Of a stretch of 64,000 nucleotides of DNA, positions 10,533 to 20,746 are shown piece by piece. The notes below the pieces were generated by a model, which was given only the letters and a program-made list of their open reading frames with translations, made no database searches and was not told the origin of the DNA. Source of the stretch: Salinispira sp. (GTDB lineage: Bacteria > Spirochaetota > Spirochaetia > DSM-27196 > Salinispiraceae); assembly GCA_965226555.1 (NCBI GenBank), contig CBDDDG010000012.1, positions 64,001 through 128,000 of the forward strand. The letters are read 5' to 3'. The position numbers were made by a program, and so were the translations under genes. Position 1 is the first letter of the stretch. Every line of letters begins with the position of its first letter.

Positions 10533-11708
10533 ATGCCCCTGAACTGTGGAATTGTCGGACTCCCGAACGTTGGTAAATCTACAATATTTTCTGCGCTGAG
10601 CGCTTCCTCGGTGGAGGCTGCGAATTATCCATTCTGCACCATTGAACCAAATGTCGGGCTTGTGTCTGTTCCCGATTCCCGGCTTAATGATATTGCCGGA
10701 ATTATTCCGACTCAGAAGGTTATTCCTGCCGCTGTGGAATTTGTTGATATTGCCGGCCTTGTGAAGGGCGCGAGCAGGGGCGAGGGACTGGGTAATAAAT
10801 TCCTGAGCCACATACGCGAAGTTGGAATTATTGTCCATGTCGTCCGCTGTTTTGAAAATGAAGATATTATTCATGTGCACGAGCGCATCGATCCGGCTGC
10901 CGATATTGAAACTGTTAACATTGAGCTTGCTCTTGCCGATCTCGAAACTGTTGAAAAACGTCTCGTACGGGCGGAAAAAGAACTCCGCGCTGCCGACCGG
11001 GACTCCCGCGCTGCTGCGGCAAAGCTTGTGCCCATCCTCAATGACCTGAAAACACTGCTCCAAGATGGGCAGCCTGCCCGTAAACTGCAACTGGAAAAGG
11101 AAAAGGCGGAACTCATCCGCGATCTTCATCTCATAAGCCGAAAGAAGGTTCTCTATCTTTGTAATGTGGACGAGAATACCCTGAGAAGCTGCTGCGCTGT
11201 GGATGCTGATGGCAGCGGTGCTGCTGATGGCAGTGCTGCTGCTGATGGCGGCGGAAGCGCCGAACATCTGCGCGCAGTGCGGGAGATCGCCGAAGCGGAA
11301 GGAGCGGCTGTCCTGACTATCTGCGGACAACTGGAGAAAGACATTGCCGATCTCGAAGATGAGCAGGAACGGAGGGAATTCCTTGAAGATGTCGGGCTCA
11401 GCGAGAGCGGATTAACGGCGCTTATTCGGGAAGGATACAGAATGCTGGGATTACAGACATTCTTTACCGCAGGAGAAAAAGAGGTGCGGGCATGGACCTT
11501 CCGTGAGGGCAGCACGGCGCCTCAGGTTGCGGGAATTATTCACAGCGATTTTGAACGGGGTTTTATAAAGGCTGAGGTGTATCATTGCAGCGATCTTTTT
11601 GAACGCGGCAGTGAGCAGAACATTCGGAACGCCGGCAGGCTTCGCATGGAGGGAAAAGACTATACCGTTCACGATGGCGATGTCATGCACTTTACGTTCA
11701 ATGTCTGA
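10533..11708 (+). CDS. ychF: Redox-regulated ATPase YchF
   Basis: [35 protein letters not shown]-terminal TGS domain. Confidence 0.97.
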   Translation: MPLNCGIVGLPNVGKSTIFSALSASSVEAANYPFCTIEPNVGLVSVPDSRLNDIAGIIPTQKVIPAAVEFVDIAGLVKGASRGEGLGNKFLSHIREVGIIVHVVRCFENEDIIHVHERIDPAADIETVNIELALADLETVEKRLVRAEKELRAADRDSRAAAAKLVPILNDLKTLLQDGQPARKLQLEKEKAELIRDLHLISRKKVLYLCNVDENTLRSCCAVDADGSGAADGSAAADGGGSAEHLRAVREIAEAEGAAVLTICGQLEKDIADLEDEQERREFLEDVGLSESGLTALIREGYRMLGLQTFFTAGEKEVRAWTFREGSTAPQVAGIIHSDFERGFIKAEVYHCSDLFERGSEQNIRNAGRLRMEGKDYTVHDGDVMHFTFNV

Positions 11709-11759
11709 TCAACGCCGGAACCGGAGCAATGCCGCGGTTTTTTGCAAAATATCAGTCGA

Positions 11760-11999
11760 CTACATAACATCCTTGAGTGTAAGACCTTTTTTACGCAAAT
11801 ATGCCATAAGACCTACCCGTGTGACGGTGCGGATACTCCTTGTTGAAATACGGAGGCGAACAGTACGGTCGAGTTCGGGATCATAAATTCGTTTTGACTG
11901 GATGTTTGGTTTCTGCCATCTATTTGTTTTGATGTTTGATTTTGATACTTTGTGTCCGGAAAGCGGTTTTTTTCCGCTAATTCTACATTTTCGCGACAT
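11760..11999 (-). CDS. rpmB: 50S ribosomal protein L28
   Basis: MSRKCRISGKKPLSGHKVSKS...PNIQ. Confidence 0.95.
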   Translation of the reverse strand: MSRKCRISGKKPLSGHKVSKSNIKTNRWQKPNIQSKRIYDPELDRTVRLRISTRSIRTVTRVGLMAYLRKKGLTLKDVM

Positions 12000-12014
12000 A
12001 ATTGATCCTTTTAG

Positions 12015-12185
12015 TTAGAACTTACTGGTTTCCTTGTATAATACATGCTTGCGCTCTACGGGATCATACTTCATAAACTCAAGTTTATTCGGCAGGTTCC
12101 GTTTGTTTTTTGTTGTGTAGTAGCAATGTCCGCTTTCAGTACTCTTAAGACGTACCTTCGTTGCTGCCTTATTTGCCTTTGCCAT
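12015..12185 (-). CDS. rpmG: 50S ribosomal protein L33
   Basis: Manual translation [56 protein letters not shown]; below the ORF-track size cutoff. Confidence 0.95.
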   Translation of the reverse strand: MAKANKAATKVRLKSTESGHCYYTTKNKRNLPNKLEFMKYDPVERKHVLYKETSKF

Positions 12186-12352
12186 ACTATACGAAATCTC
12201 CTTTCAGAATGAGAAAAACTCCCCAAGAAAAAACATTACATGGCAGATAGCACTTTGTCAAGTACTCCGGCATAATACTGCGGGATAGTTGATATTTTCG
12301 ATATTATGTTATAGATTCTTAAAGACGGTTTCAGCTAATTATCCATCATGGT

Positions 12353-13717
12353 ATGAGGAAATACCGAAGTGAACCGGGAAAATCAGGAGAATGCCGAGTA
12401 GTGCCGATTTTTGTCATCCTGTGGTATGGTTTTTTCCCAGCCTACAATATCGTCCGCTACCTGGAATTACTCCCCTTTTGGACAGCTCCAGAGGCAGTTC
12501 TGTGTGCGCTGTCAATTAGCCTGTATTTCTGGATGTCGGGCAATGTTCTCATGGGGCTGCAGCTTCCCCTGTTGCAGCGCGCGCTTCCGCAGGATAAAAA
12601 AACCGAATTCCACATTATAACCGGCGTTGGAATGCTGGCGGCAATATTCATTCACGGCGGCAGCAAAATAATTAAGGGCTACTTTCTCAGCGCGGTGACA
12701 TGGGCACTTCTTCTTTCTTTGGCTATCCTTTTTCTTCTTTCAATATATTGGATTTCAGCGCCCGGTCTCTCTTGGCTGCACAAGCTGCTGGCACCAAAAT
12801 CCACATCGGATCAGCACTACGATCTTCTCAAGAGCATACACGGCATCGGCTTTCCTGCGGTGCTTGTGCTCTCGTATCTGCACATCAGGGAAGCAGGAAT
12901 AATCTGGCTAACCGATACCCTCGGACAGATATTCTATGTCGCATCATTCTGGTTCACCATAGGCATCTGCATCATCTATGTCATAAGAAAATTGATGCTG
13001 CCGCGTGCCCATCTGAAAACCGTATCAATTTCAGAAGACCTCATTCTGATGGACTTCGTACCCTCCCGACCGCTCCGGCAGATACCTTACCGCGCTGGTC
13101 AATTCGCATATCTCACTCCCTGCTCCGGCCCCCATAAAGGTGAAGGACACCCCTTTTCATTTATTTCCCACAATGCCTCTCCACGGCCGGATCGGCAGGC
13201 GCAGGGAGCGCAGCCACAGGACAGGCAAGTAATCAGCTTTGCTGCGCGGCAGACAGGCGATTTCACACACTGGCTCCAATCGGCTGAAGGACAGCAGTTT
13301 ACCATCGATGCGGCCTACGGCAATTTTGCCCCATCGCCGCGGCAACGCAACTGCCTCATCGGAACCGGTTCCGGCATGGCACCGATAATTGCTCTCCTCA
13401 ATGAGGGGCTTAGCCCGCGCGATGTGGTTTTTCTCAAGGGCAGGAAACAAGATGCTGAGCTCCTCAACCGGCTTCCCGCAGCGGAATCCACGAAAACCAG
13501 CGCAGCCGGAGAGAATTGCCGCATTCTTGAAACGGGCAGTTACATCAATGCCGATTTCCTCTTACAAAACCTTGGCACACCACGCAATTTTCATTACTAC
13601 TTGTGTACATCGCCTGCCGTGAGAGAGAACATTCTCTCAGCTCTGCGGTCGCTTGGAGTCAAACGGCACAGGATACATTTTGAAAATTACTCTTTTGGCA
13701 CGGTCGACAAAAATTGA
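12353..13717 (+). CDS. Ferric reductase-like transmembrane + FAD/NAD-binding oxidoreductase
   Basis: His-containing TM region; AGQF, HPFS, GDFT, YGNF, GTGSGMAP, IHFENY. Confidence 0.8.
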   Translation: MRKYRSEPGKSGECRVVPIFVILWYGFFPAYNIVRYLELLPFWTAPEAVLCALSISLYFWMSGNVLMGLQLPLLQRALPQDKKTEFHIITGVGMLAAIFIHGGSKIIKGYFLSAVTWALLLSLAILFLLSIYWISAPGLSWLHKLLAPKSTSDQHYDLLKSIHGIGFPAVLVLSYLHIREAGIIWLTDTLGQIFYVASFWFTIGICIIYVIRKLMLPRAHLKTVSISEDLILMDFVPSRPLRQIPYRAGQFAYLTPCSGPHKGEGHPFSFISHNASPRPDRQAQGAQPQDRQVISFAARQTGDFTHWLQSAEGQQFTIDAAYGNFAPSPRQRNCLIGTGSGMAPIIALLNEGLSPRDVVFLKGRKQDAELLNRLPAAESTKTSAAGENCRILETGSYINADFLLQNLGTPRNFHYYLCTSPAVRENILSALRSLGVKRHRIHFENYSFGTVDKN

Positions 13718-13767
13718 TAAAAAATTTTGCTTTGCAAAATTTCTCATGTGATGTCGGATATTCAGGC

Positions 13768-14066
13768 TTATTTCCTGCTCAGAAAAAATGCGGCGAGGGC
13801 GCCAATTGCAGCCCCAATGACCCCGCCAATCAGCAGTCCTTTGCCCTTCTCATCCTTTGCCCAATCCATGATAATTGGAGTTAATTTTGAAATCTGCTCC
13901 GCCGATACTCCCTCATTCTCCAGAGTTTGGGAGATGGTTCGATAATCCACACCCGGCTTGCGAAGCTCTTCCACAATCTGCTCCAGCACCTCCCGGGTGA
14001 GCTCCGGAAAGGCCTGTTGTAATTTTTTTACTGCATCATCACTGTCGGTCATTGTTATTCCTCCAA
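13768..14066 (-). CDS. Small hypothetical protein with C-terminal glycine-zipper TM helix
   Basis: LLIGGVIGAAIGALAAFF tail; GGAGG RBS points to the ATG near 14052. Confidence 0.6.
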
Positions 14067-14080
14067 ATAGTATCACATAA

Positions 14081-14136
14081 CAAAGTTTTGCTACTGGAAA
14101 TTGTGCTTGCGCAATTTTCCAATGCAAAAGTTTCTA
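14081..14136. repeat. Palindromic REP/MITE-like element
   Basis: Near-exact reverse complement of 323-378. Confidence 0.9.
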
Positions 14137-14199
14137 AGAAAAATACGCATTTTTAGAAAAATAGTCAAACTACTATTTGTGCGCATATATATCCAATCT

Positions 14200-14604
14200 T
14201 TATAATTCCACCTCAACATCGCCTTGCAACAGGTGCTTTTTCGTAGCTTCCGTACTTGCCAGAGCAGCGAACGGAGAATCTTTATATACCTCAACCAATC
14301 CGCTTACCAGATGAGTGAGCGCCTCAACATTATTCTGCTCTAATGCCGTATCAATACGTTCAAAGAAATCCTTGAATGTTTGTTTGCGTTCCTTGTGCGA
14401 ATTGTCGAGATATTTGAGAATTACTCGTTCGCGCGCCTTAATTTCCCGCAGGGCAACATCTCTGTCAGCCCGTATCTCCTCCCGTTTTGTCATTTCTTCC
14501 TGTCGTATTTTCAAATACGAGATCACATCCGAAAAAGCATTTTCAGCATACTTGGCAACTTGGAAAGGCGCCGCCGTCGGAGGAACAATTTTGTTTTTGG
14601 GCAT
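14200..14604 (-). CDS. Hypothetical coiled-coil protein
   Basis: 134-aa ORF with GGAG RBS, co-oriented with the upstream genes. Confidence 0.7.
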   Translation of the reverse strand: MPKNKIVPPTAAPFQVAKYAENAFSDVISYLKIRQEEMTKREEIRADRDVALREIKARERVILKYLDNSHKERKQTFKDFFERIDTALEQNNVEALTHLVSGLVEVYKDSPFAALASTEATKKHLLQGDVEVEL

Positions 14605-14621
14605 AGCTGTGCTCCGTAATC

Positions 14622-15644
14622 TCAGTTAGTTAACAAAAGACGCGACAATTCTTCTAAATCAACATTTTCCGGCACAATATTCATTTTAGAATCAAGAGGC
14701 GGGTTTTTGATCATCTCGGAAAGCGCCCTACATAAAGTCGCGGCTCTTCGGAATGATCGCACAAGATCATCATCATGTTCTTTACAAAACACAAAATACC
14801 AGCTATTCATTAGAGTTGACAATTCCGTATCTGATCGCTGTTTAAGTTTTTCAAATACCTCACGATTTTGCCGAACATATTCCTCAATGTACTTCAGACG
14901 ATCCATTCCCGCTTCAATCTTGGCTACCTTTTTATCTATTTCCGCATCATATTCCCAGGCTTCGGTAAGTTTTTTTTCACCAGCAGCGGCAATTGCGAAT
15001 CCGCCAATAAGAAACGCAGGGGCAGCAACCAATCCGCCCAGAACAGCAGTACCCAGCGCCATGCCGCCGCCGCCAGCTGCTAACGCGCCACCGCCAATCC
15101 AAGCAAGCGTTGCATTCGTTGCCGCAACTCCCGATAGTCCACCTATGGCCGCGCCTGTGGAAGCCGTAGCTCCGACCATTCCCGCCAGACCAATGGCAGA
15201 GGCCGTAGCTCCGCCCGTTAATGCTGCTGATATTCCAGCCGCAGCGGCCGATGATGCATGCTTGAGATTATCTACCTGTGTTATTTGTTTTTCCATAAAT
15301 TGCATATTATTCGATGAAACAACAAAAGGAATATCACCAGAAACAGGTTTGCTGGTGATTTTTGCCCTTATTTGCGGATTAAGCTTCTTCCAGTAGTTTA
15401 TAAATACGCGCTGTGTCGTATTAATGGTTTCCTGTTGTAATTCGGCATAGGCAATAACCGTATCGCGCACTTCATCATTGAACTCATTGAAACGAGAAAT
15501 TGCTTTTTTATGCCGTTTCTCTGCATTCTCCGCTATCTCTTTCGCACGGTTAGTATCGGAAACGCCCTCTACTCCCTTAACAACCCCCGCAGTTCCGGCT
15601 GCGGCCGCTGCAATTCCCAGAATTATCGGTATAAAAAACGGCAT
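14622..15644 (-). CDS. Hypothetical membrane protein with long Gly/Ala-rich hydrophobic hairpin
   Basis: N-terminal hydrophobic segment, coiled coils, ASTGAAIGGLSGVAATNATLAWIGGGALAAGGGGMALG. Confidence 0.78.
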   Translation of the reverse strand: MPFFIPIILGIAAAAAGTAGVVKGVEGVSDTNRAKEIAENAEKRHKKAISRFNEFNDEVRDTVIAYAELQQETINTTQRVFINYWKKLNPQIRAKITSKPVSGDIPFVVSSNNMQFMEKQITQVDNLKHASSAAAAGISAALTGGATASAIGLAGMVGATASTGAAIGGLSGVAATNATLAWIGGGALAAGGGGMALGTAVLGGLVAAPAFLIGGFAIAAAGEKKLTEAWEYDAEIDKKVAKIEAGMDRLKYIEEYVRQNREVFEKLKQRSDTELSTLMNSWYFVFCKEHDDDLVRSFRRAATLCRALSEMIKNPPLDSKMNIVPENVDLEELSRLLLTN

Positions 15645-15645
15645 A

Positions 15646-16053
15646 TTACCCCCTTCGAATTATTGCGAGGGCAATGTCGTTTATGCGCAATATATCTTTC
15701 GCAATTTCTTCGGCTCCCATGACAAAATCCTCGTTAATGGCATCGGAAGGTATGGAAAATAATTTATTGAATGATTTTATTTCCCGTCCCGTTATTTTTT
15801 CATCAACACGAATCATACAGAGAGCTTCCAGCGCCATAACGCGTTGCTCCACAGGCGGAGCGGAAGCAATTTCACTCATAATTTGCTGCGCGCTCAGCTT
15901 TCTGGGTTCATAATTGCTAAGATTTGCTTCCTGCTTATAAAGCTCAAGCAATCTTTTTTCATCGTGAGAAAAGTTTCCATCACTCTTTGCGAGATAGTAT
16001 GCAATCTCAAGAAACACTTTCTTGTTCTCTTCCGAACAATATTCAAGGAACAT
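15646..16053 (-). CDS. TerB-like protein
   Basis: LAKSDGNFSHDEK and VDEKITGRE, the two TerB metal-binding loops; GGAGG RBS. Confidence 0.72.
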   Translation of the reverse strand: MFLEYCSEENKKVFLEIAYYLAKSDGNFSHDEKRLLELYKQEANLSNYEPRKLSAQQIMSEIASAPPVEQRVMALEALCMIRVDEKITGREIKSFNKLFSIPSDAINEDFVMGAEEIAKDILRINDIALAIIRRG

Positions 16054-16211
16054 AATAGCCTCCAGCTACATTGAATACATGAGAATTCTGATTTTTCTTT
16101 GTATATATCACATCTTTTATATATGCGCAAGATAGCGCAACACGACAGGCGCTTACATGTTTTTTTAATATCATCAAAATATCCTTGTTTTACCCCATTG
16201 ATATTATTTTC

Positions 16212-16715
16212 TCAGTCTACGGTAAACAAGACAGAGATAAGTAGGCATAAAGCTCCTATTCCTAAAATGGTCGGTATTTGAAATTTTTCAGGTATTTTGC
16301 TCAATATTTTTTCAAAACCCTTTCTGCTTGACTTTTCTCTATCACCAACATTGATTCCAGCGTTCGCAAGAAACGACTGTTGTTCTTCCGAAATTCCATA
16401 ACCGTCATCAATTTTGCCCTGAATAAAATTCCAGTAGTAATTTCTATTCATGCTGAAATAAGCAACAAGAAAGATAAGCCCGAAAATTATTCCCAATACT
16501 GTTTGAGTAGCCCCAAGAGCAATTAACAAGACAAGCAACAAAATATCAGTTGCAAAGCCTTTCCAATCTTTCGGCTTGACATTCAGAGGTGGCCAGTCAA
16601 CCCGTGCTGTCATAAGAGTCTGAAAAAAATTCAGTCTTATGTTTTCTGGGGACGTCACTGTTATGTCCTGCTCCCCTTCTTTTTTCAGCAAAAATTCGAT
16701 TGCCTTCTTTGCCAT
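16212..16715 (-). CDS. Hypothetical membrane protein
   Basis: 167-aa ORF with 3 hydrophobic segments and AAGGAG RBS. Confidence 0.65.
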   Translation of the reverse strand: MAKKAIEFLLKKEGEQDITVTSPENIRLNFFQTLMTARVDWPPLNVKPKDWKGFATDILLLVLLIALGATQTVLGIIFGLIFLVAYFSMNRNYYWNFIQGKIDDGYGISEEQQSFLANAGINVGDREKSSRKGFEKILSKIPEKFQIPTILGIGALCLLISVLFTVD

Positions 16716-16880
16716 ATTCGTACTCCTTCATTCCCTTTCTCAGGGAAACTATTGAAATATCACTACAGAACAGAAACGAGCATGAGCTCTTTCCCCACCG
16801 ACCTAATCTAACAGCAGGGCAACAATTTCTGTAGTAATTATGAGTACCGTACTTTAATTGGTAGTCCATTGTCAATAGTT

Positions 16881-17081
16881 TTAGAAAAAATATTCGACCT
16901 CCGACAAAATGGTCTGGCGAATTGCGGGTTTTAGGTTGGATTTTAGTACAAGATCGACCGTAGTCGCCAGTTCTTCCCCGCGCACATACGATCCGAAAAG
17001 CCCAATTTTGCAAATTCCCCACTCATTCAGGCGAGCTCTATGTTGGTCGATAAGTTTTCTAATGTGATGAATGGTCGTCAT
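16881..17081 (-). pseudogene. Minimal nucleotidyltransferase (MNT antitoxin) with internal deletion
   Basis: IGLFGSYVRGEE joins directly to LATTVDLV; the catalytic SD.D segment is missing. Confidence 0.7.
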
Positions 17082-17146
17082 GGGAATACAATCGTACAGC
17101 ATTGTCTCCCCTATATCAACGGGAAGAATGTGAACGGCGCTTGATG

Positions 17147-20100
17147 CTACCGTTTTTCAAAGATGTTTTCGGCATCAAGATAACTCTCAAGCGACCAATT
17201 ATCCCGATATTCCTCAAGGTTCTGGATGATGAGCGCGGCAAGTTGATGGCTGCCCGATTGCCTCCGCGTGTCAGTAGCGGCGCCCGCGCCGGTTTTTGCA
17301 ACGGCAGCGGTGTCGGCAACAGATAGCGCAGCGGTAGCGGCAGCCGTGTTTCGGAGGTTGTTGAGCGCCGCTTCGAAGGCCTGCAATTTCTGCGGGACGA
17401 ATTTCGGGTTATTGCTGTATGGCGCGAGTTGCTCCAGAAATCGTTGGTAGTTTCGCAGCAGTTCTGCGGTGTTTTGCGCTGAATCCCCGGAGGGGTTCGT
17501 TATCTGTTTCGCGCGTTGTTCTGCGGTGGGGAGGGGTGAGCTGAACAGGTCGGCGAGGGCGCGGGTGATAACTGAGCGGAAGCGGATGTCCTGCGCGGCC
17601 TTGTGGATATTGTACGTGCCGATCCCTGCGAGTTCATCGTGGAGTTGGCGCCAGGAGGCATATTGATCATCATGAATTTCATGAATATTAAGATACACCT
17701 GAGCTTCGTAGCCCTGCAAACTGACAAAGAATCCCTGCCGGGCAAGATCATTGCTGGATCGGATATACCACAGTCCGCTCCGGCTTTCCTGCAGCAGACA
17801 GTATGTGTCTGCATGAGCGCTGAGCGCGAAATCTTCGGCAATTTTCTGCGGAATATATCCTGCCGCTGTTTGAAATGAATTATTGTAGACCACAAGCGCC
17901 CGCTCGCCCACACCATCGGCGCCATCGCCTTCATCTGCGCCCGTGCCCGCCGAGGCATTGCTGTAGGCAAAAACATTCTCCAGTACGCCCGTGTCGGAGA
18001 GAACATCGTAGAGGCGGAAATGCTCTACACCGGAAAAAAGCTCACGTTTTTTCATGAGCGGAAAAATCTCCCGCTCATGTCGCTGAATGAGATCCATTCT
18101 GGGATCTTCATCGAAATATGCCCGCTGATACTCCATACCATATTTTTCCGTGAACCCTTCAACCTGTCCATGGCCAAACATGGGAAGACCGGGCATGGTA
18201 ACCATGAGCGTACAGACACCGAAGTACTTATCGCCGTCTCCGAACTGGGCAATTGCCGTATCTTCATCGGGATTGTTCATGAAATTCACAAAACGCTTGA
18301 GAATTTCAGGATCATAGGCAATAGTATTCTTAATTGTTTCACGGTACTCAGCATTTTTCTCATTTTTGAGCATATTCATAAAAGCAGAATTATATACCCG
18401 GTGCATACCAAGATTGCGCACAAAGTATCCTTCCATCATCCAGAAAGCCTCTGCGAGAAGAATAGTCTCCGGCGCCTCCTTGTCAATGCGCTCCACTACT
18501 TCACGCCAGAATTCCCGAGGCATGATCCGGTTGAATTCCTCCCAGCTCAGGCCATGTTCGGAACGCGAAGAAATATCTCCCCCGCTGCCCGGAGCAGGAA
18601 ACCACAGGCGATGAATATGCTTTTTTGCAAGTGTCATAGCAGCATCGAAACGAATAATGGGGAAATTTCCGGCAACATGCAGAATTGTCTGAATAACAGC
18701 TTCTCTGGTATCGGGGTTGAGGTAATCCAACTGCGCAGTATCGTTCCAGGGCATACTGGTGCCATCGTTGCCATGGTAGATGTAGCGCGTCTCCCCCGTC
18801 CCAAAATCTACTCTCTTGAAAACAACCGCAGCATCACTCTGATCATAATAATGATCTTCAAGATACACACCCATATTCGAACTGGAAGAAAGATTTTCAG
18901 AGCTGAAGGTGTACGATGGATATGGCACCTGCGGTAATGACAGAAACCAGTCGGGGTGTTCCTGAACCCACAGGCTGTCAATGCCCGTATGATTCGGCAC
19001 CATATCGGCCGCCAAGCGGATTCCACGCGCCGCGCAGCGTTGCCGCAGATCGCTCAGGGCCTCCCAGCCGCCGATGCTCTGCGAAATTTCACAGCAATAC
19101 AATGCATAAGCCGAAGAAACGGCATCAGAATTACCGCAGCGCTGCTTAATTTCACGGGAAGCCGGGCTCCGTTCCCACAATCCTATCAGCCAGAGAGAAG
19201 TGAACCCCTGGGACTGCATTATATCCAGTTCTTCGTCCGGAATCTGATCAAGACGGTGAATGTGCCTGTTATATTTTTTCGTGAGTTGATCAAGCCAGAC
19301 GAGGGTACTTTTCGCAAGAAGTACAACCCTCGGCATCCAGTCTGTATCATGTGAAAAATCTGCATGATCTTCGATATCGCTGTATTCATACGGGCTCATA
19401 TCACCCCCGCCAAAGTCCGCCCCAGCCCGCGCAGCAAAACTATTCACTTCCTTCAGATAATCAACAGCCCTCAGCAGTACGGGGAGCATATCTCCCAGAA
19501 CATCGCTCCACAGCTCCATAATGCACTCAAGTTGATCCTGAAGTGATGTAGGGAATCTCCGCGCCGGTTCAAGAAGCAGAGAATACGGATCAATATCGCT
19601 CCCGGATGAATTACCCTGCGGAGAAAGGCTGTTACGAATGTGTTCAACAAGCTCGGTATATGACCGGAAGGCTCTCAGTTCTTTGTTATTGATCATGGCA
19701 GCAGCCGGGTTGAAAGCCGGATTCATATTTTCAAGATGGAGAACGAACAAATTCTCAAGAACATGCTCAGCCCGCTCATCGCCATCGCCCGCCGCATTGA
19801 GGTATGTCCCCGGATCTATCCCTCTGCGGTATAGGTCTTCAGAAGGAAAATACCGAATACATGTCTGAAGAATTTTCTGCAGACTACTGCTGTTCATTTT
19901 TGTCTGAATGTGATGGTATACCCCCCTGCCGGTTTTTTGAGCTTCAGAGGAAAAATAGTGCCGTATAATGGTATGGAAGGCAGTATGAATAATGCCCATT
20001 GCATAGAGGTTTTCAGCGCTAAGTTCTGGGTTTTTAGCAGATTTTTTCATCAACTCGTCTACCGCGCTGCGGGCGGCGGCAAGATCTTCAAAGAGGATTT

Positions 20101-20173
20101 TTCCCGATGAAAAAATTCTACTATCCGGAGGCATCTGCTCCCGGAAATCTCTGCGGATATGAAGTTCGTACAT
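17147..20173 (-). CDS. Alpha-amylase family (GH13) glycosyl hydrolase
   Basis: DMVPNH, RFDAAM, LAEAFW, NNPDE motifs. Confidence 0.9.
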   Translation of the reverse strand: MYELHIRRDFREQMPPDSRIFSSGKILFEDLAAARSAVDELMKKSAKNPELSAENLYAMGIIHTAFHTIIRHYFSSEAQKTGRGVYHHIQTKMNSSSLQKILQTCIRYFPSEDLYRRGIDPGTYLNAAGDGDERAEHVLENLFVLHLENMNPAFNPAAAMINNKELRAFRSYTELVEHIRNSLSPQGNSSGSDIDPYSLLLEPARRFPTSLQDQLECIMELWSDVLGDMLPVLLRAVDYLKEVNSFAARAGADFGGGDMSPYEYSDIEDHADFSHDTDWMPRVVLLAKSTLVWLDQLTKKYNRHIHRLDQIPDEELDIMQSQGFTSLWLIGLWERSPASREIKQRCGNSDAVSSAYALYCCEISQSIGGWEALSDLRQRCAARGIRLAADMVPNHTGIDSLWVQEHPDWFLSLPQVPYPSYTFSSENLSSSSNMGVYLEDHYYDQSDAAVVFKRVDFGTGETRYIYHGNDGTSMPWNDTAQLDYLNPDTREAVIQTILHVAGNFPIIRFDAAMTLAKKHIHRLWFPAPGSGGDISSRSEHGLSWEEFNRIMPREFWREVVERIDKEAPETILLAEAFWMMEGYFVRNLGMHRVYNSAFMNMLKNEKNAEYRETIKNTIAYDPEILKRFVNFMNNPDEDTAIAQFGDGDKYFGVCTLMVTMPGLPMFGHGQVEGFTEKYGMEYQRAYFDEDPRMDLIQRHEREIFPLMKKRELFSGVEHFRLYDVLSDTGVLENVFAYSNASAGTGADEGDGADGVGERALVVYNNSFQTAAGYIPQKIAEDFALSAHADTYCLLQESRSGLWYIRSSNDLARQGFFVSLQGYEAQVYLNIHEIHDDQYASWRQLHDELAGIGTYNIHKAAQDIRFRSVITRALADLFSSPLPTAEQRAKQITNPSGDSAQNTAELLRNYQRFLEQLAPYSNNPKFVPQKLQAFEAALNNLRNTAAATAALSVADTAAVAKTGAGAATDTRRQSGSHQLAALIIQNLEEYRDNWSLESYLDAENIFEKR

Positions 20174-20512
20174 ACTATTCTCCTCCTTATTCGGGATTAT
20201 ACCGTAATGCTCTCTATTTTTAACATAGGTTCGTTACTTTTTAACACGTATGTATTAGAAATCTTGCACATCATCGGGGATAATGGTATTTTGAAGGGAA
20301 TTCACACAGAGAGATGCTCTCCGCTATCAATAACAAAATGATTTTTAGGTTTTGTACAACATGCAGAGAATGTGTTTTTTGATCAATCGGTTGCAGTCGG
20401 GATAGGATAAGGCAACACCCCGAAAAAGTATGAAAAGAACAAGAGAAACAAGCAGAAAACACCGAAAAACGGGGTCGCAGAACAAAAACCTCTGCGAAAA
20501 TGGGCAGATGGG

Positions 20513-20616
20513 TTGACACAGACGAATTTTTTGACGATACTATAGTACAGTGGAGCTTAAAAAAACGCTATTTCCGCTATGCAGTGGGAAATACCCGTGT
20601 TTCCAGAGCTTCCCTA
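20513..20616 (+). promoter_or_regulatory. Sigma70-like promoter plus conserved hairpin leader (copy 1)
   Basis: TTGACA-17-GATACT followed by a 63-nt hairpin; second copy at 61601-61704 on the minus strand. Confidence 0.65.
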
Positions 20617-20746
20617 TGCAAAGTTCTGGGAATGGTGTAATCTTAATCTTAAGAAACAATGAATAATTTTTTCTGCGTGGAAAAAAGACTGCCAGCAGAT
20701 ATAATGGAGTTATTCAAAAGTTTCTAATACCTTGGAGGTAACATAT

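Noticed and set aside
10431..11330. 299-aa antisense ORF
   Set aside because: Shadow of ychF. The same applies to the long antisense ORFs over the amylase (18020-18937), jetD (46311-47048) and 14707-15396.
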